Positions 60,186 to 64,000 of a stretch of 64,000 bases of DNA are shown one piece after another. Numbering within the stretch: position 1 is the first letter of the stretch; the number at the start of each line of letters is the position of its first letter. Source of the DNA: Blepharisma stoltei ATCC 30299. Its lineage: Eukaryota > Protista > Ciliophora. Location: NCBI GenBank assembly GCA_965603825.1, contig CBFDEM010000032.1, positions 1-64,000 on the forward strand, written 5' to 3'. The translations under genes were made by a program, and so were the position numbers. The notes under the pieces are model-generated. The model ran no database searches. It was not told the DNA's origin and saw only the letters and a program-made list of their open reading frames with translations.

Positions 60186-63100
60186 ATGGAAATCGATAAT
60201 CTATTAACCTCAATTTCTCAAGCTCGTCGAAAGTTTGAAAGAAATAAACGAGTTAGAGATTGCTCTGCATGTTCTACCCCTGTAGACCAGCTAATTCCTC
60301 CATCTCCCACTATTTCTCGCCATGATTCCTCAGTCTACTCAACTTACACCCCAAAAAGACCTGATTCGGAGTCAAAAAATTTAAAACTTCCTCAAAATTG
60401 TGAGGAATTGATAAAGGAATTCAGCACATGAAAGCACCCATTGCCCAAGCCCAAAGCCAAAGTAAGAAGCTACAAACTTGATGCAGCTTCCCTAATAGCT
60501 AACTGAATTAAAAGAAATATTAGTAAAAGACTGTGGCTATTCAAAAGAATTTGTGATGGAGATCTGACAGTAGAAATTGAAGAAAAAGGCGAATGAAAAG
60601 ACGTGTACAGGTTTTATAATAAGCATTATAAGCCAAAAAGAGAGGATATTGAAGAGAGAGGATTTTATTTCCCAAGAGACCGAAAGCTGCTTCATAGGAA
60701 AAACAGCTCATTTAGCACAGGAAGATCGAGAAGCCCTTACTTGCAAAATCAAATTAATCATGAAATATACATAAGGAAAGTAGATGCTGTGTTTAAGCTT
60801 GTAAATTGTATGTCAGCAAATTTAATTACACAAGTAATTCATCCTGTTGTGCAGCATATACAAGTAGCTACAATTATTCAAAATGCAGTTGATGTAATGA
60901 ATAAGCATTATTTATCAAAAGCAGAAAAATTCTTTAATCTTGCCAAAATGAAGGCTTATATGCTAAAACTAATTGAAGATAAATTAAAAGCAGAAGAACT
61001 CGCTAGCGCAAAGCCAAAAATTGTAGAAGTTACTGATAGCGAAACGTCACCAGTCAGCATTAAAGAAAATGATATCAAGTCTGTACTTGATAGCATACAA
61101 AATGTAAGAAATAGATTAAAAAGCAAAAAGAAAGAAACTGAGCCTGTGGATTTGAGAAGAAAATATAGTATTGATAATGTAAAACCAATTGTTCACAGTA
61201 AAACAAGCAGTACTACAGTAAAAACCGCCATGAATTTTGCAGAAGGAAATGAGGGAAAAATAATAGAAGAAGCAAAAGAAAATAAGAAAAGGAGATTTAC
61301 TGTTGAAAATGAAAAAATAGGGGAAAAGAAAAGAGATGGCCTTAATTTTGAAAAAGATTGGTTTTTAAAGAAATCGAAATGTGCTGAAAAACTTTTTTCA
61401 AAAAATTACTCTGAGGGAAGAGTGGTGTCAGAAGATCTCTCAAACCCAGGAAAATCAGAAGATTCTCCTACTGATGTTTTGGCGAATGAAAAAAATGTGG
61501 TTAATTATCAGCTAGGTGATAGAGATGAGATTATTCCTTCTGAAGCACAAAAAGTCTTAATTTATGATGAATTTCCAAGTTTTTCTGAAAAATACCCTTA
61601 TGATGATAAGCTAAATAAAATTGAAAAAGAAAGCCAAGAAAAAGAAATAGAAAATAAAGATAGAAAAGAGCCTAAGATGTTTGATATGAAAAACATAAAA
61701 GAAAGTTTAATAAATGCCAATGAAAAGCCAAGCATTAATAAATTGCCAGAGAGCTTCCAAAACAAAATTGAAAATGAAAAAGACTTTATAATTGGTAGGC
61801 CAAGCCAAAATAAAAGTACTAAAGCAAGCTATTTTCCTCAAAAATTTCCACCATCATTATATGCTAAAAATGCAGAAGGGGAAGAAATTCCGAAGCCTAC
61901 AGAGCCAAAATCTAATGATTTACAATCTGTAAAGCCTAAATCTAGAGTTTCAAGCGATTTTGAAGAGTTAAAGGAACAAAATAAAGTAAAACTAAATGAA
62001 AAATCTGAGCTTTCTGAAGAAATTAATGAAGATCCTAAAAATAGGCAAGCGGATTATAGACCCGAAAGACAAAAATATTTTGATCCAAAGACAAAAGATG
62101 AGCAAGATATTATCAGCAAATATTTAAACAAAAGAATAAAAAAAAGTAATGAGGATGATCCTATTGAAGAAAATATAATTGAAGGGATTGATTTAAAGAA
62201 AGAAAAGCCAGTAGTGTCTGTAAAATACCAGCAAGAAGCATTAAACAAAAAAATAAAAATTGAGCCTGAAGAAAACTTTGAAGATAGACCGAAAATATCC
62301 AAATTGAGGACAAATCTAGAAAAAGGACAAGCAAAAACCAATTTGACGAGCAATGAAGATGAAATTGGAAAGCAAACTTTGAAATTTACCTTAGAGCCAA
62401 TAAAATCTGCGGAGGTTGAAATTGGAAAGCAGACGTCAAAAACTGATGCAATGCCAGCGAAATTGACAGATAGAATATCATACCGCCTACCTGATAAAAA
62501 TAAATCAGAATTTGAAATAAAAAGAGACGATCCTTTGTTGATACCCCGTGGGCCAAAATCATCTAGCATAAGTGAAGTAAAGGAAGAAGACATCAGGAAA
62601 GATTCTCCTGTTATTCCACAGGAGCAATCAAGCAGTCAAAATTTACGATCTCATTCTTCAAAATCAAACATTGAAATTAAAGAGGATTCGAACAAATTTA
62701 ATAATCAAGCAATAAAAAGTAAAGTAGATGAAAGTGAATCCAATATAAGAAAGGCCGCTCCTTTTTCAGGTATATCTGACAGTAAAAATAAGGATACTGA
62801 GAAAATTGAGATGGAGCCTTATAAATTGAAAGAATCTTCGATCAAACCGGCTTGGATTGAATCAGATAGAGAGAAATTTAATCCAAATAAAAAAGAAGTC
62901 GAAGAAAAAAATAAGCTGCCTATTCGACAAAAAAATACTTTTGGGTTAGAAAGTTACAGGGAAGAGGAGATATACAAATCCACCCCAATTAGTCAAAAAC
63001 AGATGTTAAATACACAGGCTGAAGAATCAAGGATAAATAAAGATATGCCAAAAGAAATATTTTCTCAAAACAATTTACTTGAAGAATATGTACCTGGCGC

Positions 63101-64000
63101 AAATTTGACAAAAGAAATAATAGGCTCCTCAAATGAATTAGATGCAGAAAGCAGACATTTCTTGGGAGATCCTAAAAATCAAGCAATTGAAGAAGAAATT
63201 CAAGAGCCAGAGTCTACTTATTCAGGAAAGCCTCTGATTAAAAAACAGCTAAAAGCTCAAAGAACATCAAAACAATCTTCACAGTTAAATGATCAAATTC
63301 AAGAAGAAGCAAAATTATTACCAAAAAAAGAAGAGTCATTCAAAGGTGACAGTGAGCCTGCTCTTACTAAAGAAGATAAAATCAAAATTCAAGAAAAATC
63401 ATTAGAGAAAGCCTCTGAAATACCAAGCAAAACCGCTTTAAATCCATCCAAAGGCAAATCTCTAGGAAAAGAAGCATTGTTTTATCCTTTAAAACCAAGC
63501 AGCTCAAATATCACAACTGTAAAAGACAAAAGAGGAGAAGAAGAGCCAGACCAAATCATATTGAAACGTTCAGAGAGCAAAAAATTGTCTAATTCTTCAA
63601 AGTCAAGTGGCTCCTATAAAACTAATGAAGATCTAAGTAATGTACGAGAGAAGTTGAATAGAGAAAAAATAAATGAAAAGATGACTGATGAGAGAAAAGA
63701 ATCCCCTATCTTTCAAAAAGATAATTTTGAGTATCAAAGTTATAGTGATGAGCTGCTACAGGCAGCTCAAAAAGAAGCACAAAATAAAAATAGTGAGAGG
63801 CTAAATCAATATGAGGATAACCCAAAAATGAAATTTACTCCAAAAAATATTCTTCAGCAAAATATTGATCCAGCCTATACGAATGCGCTAACAGAAACTC
63901 CTGGTTATTTTATTTATGAAAATTTAGAAACGCCTGAAAAGCAAACATTAGAAGAAATTAAAGAACCAGAACTTATTCATTCTGAAAAAAATATAACTCA
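60186..64000 (+). CDS. Large E/K/S/N-rich, probably disordered protein; runs off the window end (>1270 aa)
   Basis: Frame from ATG 60186 continues through UGA codons and is still open in the same phase at 64000 (..KEPELIHSEKNIT). Confidence 0.85.

Noticed and set aside
7608-62593. Numerous 60-180 aa F/S/L-rich ORFs in the track (e.g. 7608, 16409, 24834, 37474, 49957, 62054)
   Set aside because: Antisense or alternate-frame shadows of E/K-rich genes.

Overview
Telomere-capped end of a eukaryotic chromosome from a heterotrich ciliate macronucleus, most likely Blepharisma. The assignment is inferred from three signals read in the sequence: a 3.1 kb (CCCTAACA)n telomere, in-frame UGA at conserved Trp positions with only UAA/UAG as stops, and 15-16 nt GT-AG introns. 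The supplied ORF track uses the wrong genetic code and ignores introns, so most genes appear fragmented or are missing; they are reassembled here by hand. The window has two compartments. (1) 3.1-22 kb is a birth-and-death zone: an inverted pair of B-box-like/coiled-coil/beta-propeller/TPR genes (one decapitated by telomere addition inside its CDS), a related B-box-like/coiled-coil/TPR gene, two paralogous multipass membrane proteins, four atypical Rab-like GTPase copies (one intact, three decayed, one carrying an IES/MITE-like 74 bp insert), and a decayed 2.16 kb tandem duplication (PDZ fragment + C2H2 zinc finger). (2) 23-64 kb is densely packed, mostly single-copy genes: TRAPPC2L, STE20 kinase, FYVE, VPS9, zeta/delta-class tubulin, importin-alpha, two RING proteins, SPX-EXS, membrane-anchored UBL, GCP6-like, NOB1, ABCA, cyclophilin, GABA transaminase, SNAPC1 and two divergent cyclin-fold-like proteins. 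The best candidate for an undescribed system is the TRIM-like propeller/TPR family, whose paralogs differ in hypervariable patches and in TPR copy number, as expected of a diversifying recognition (self/non-self) locus. That function is inference. All domain calls come from motif recognition, not database searches.
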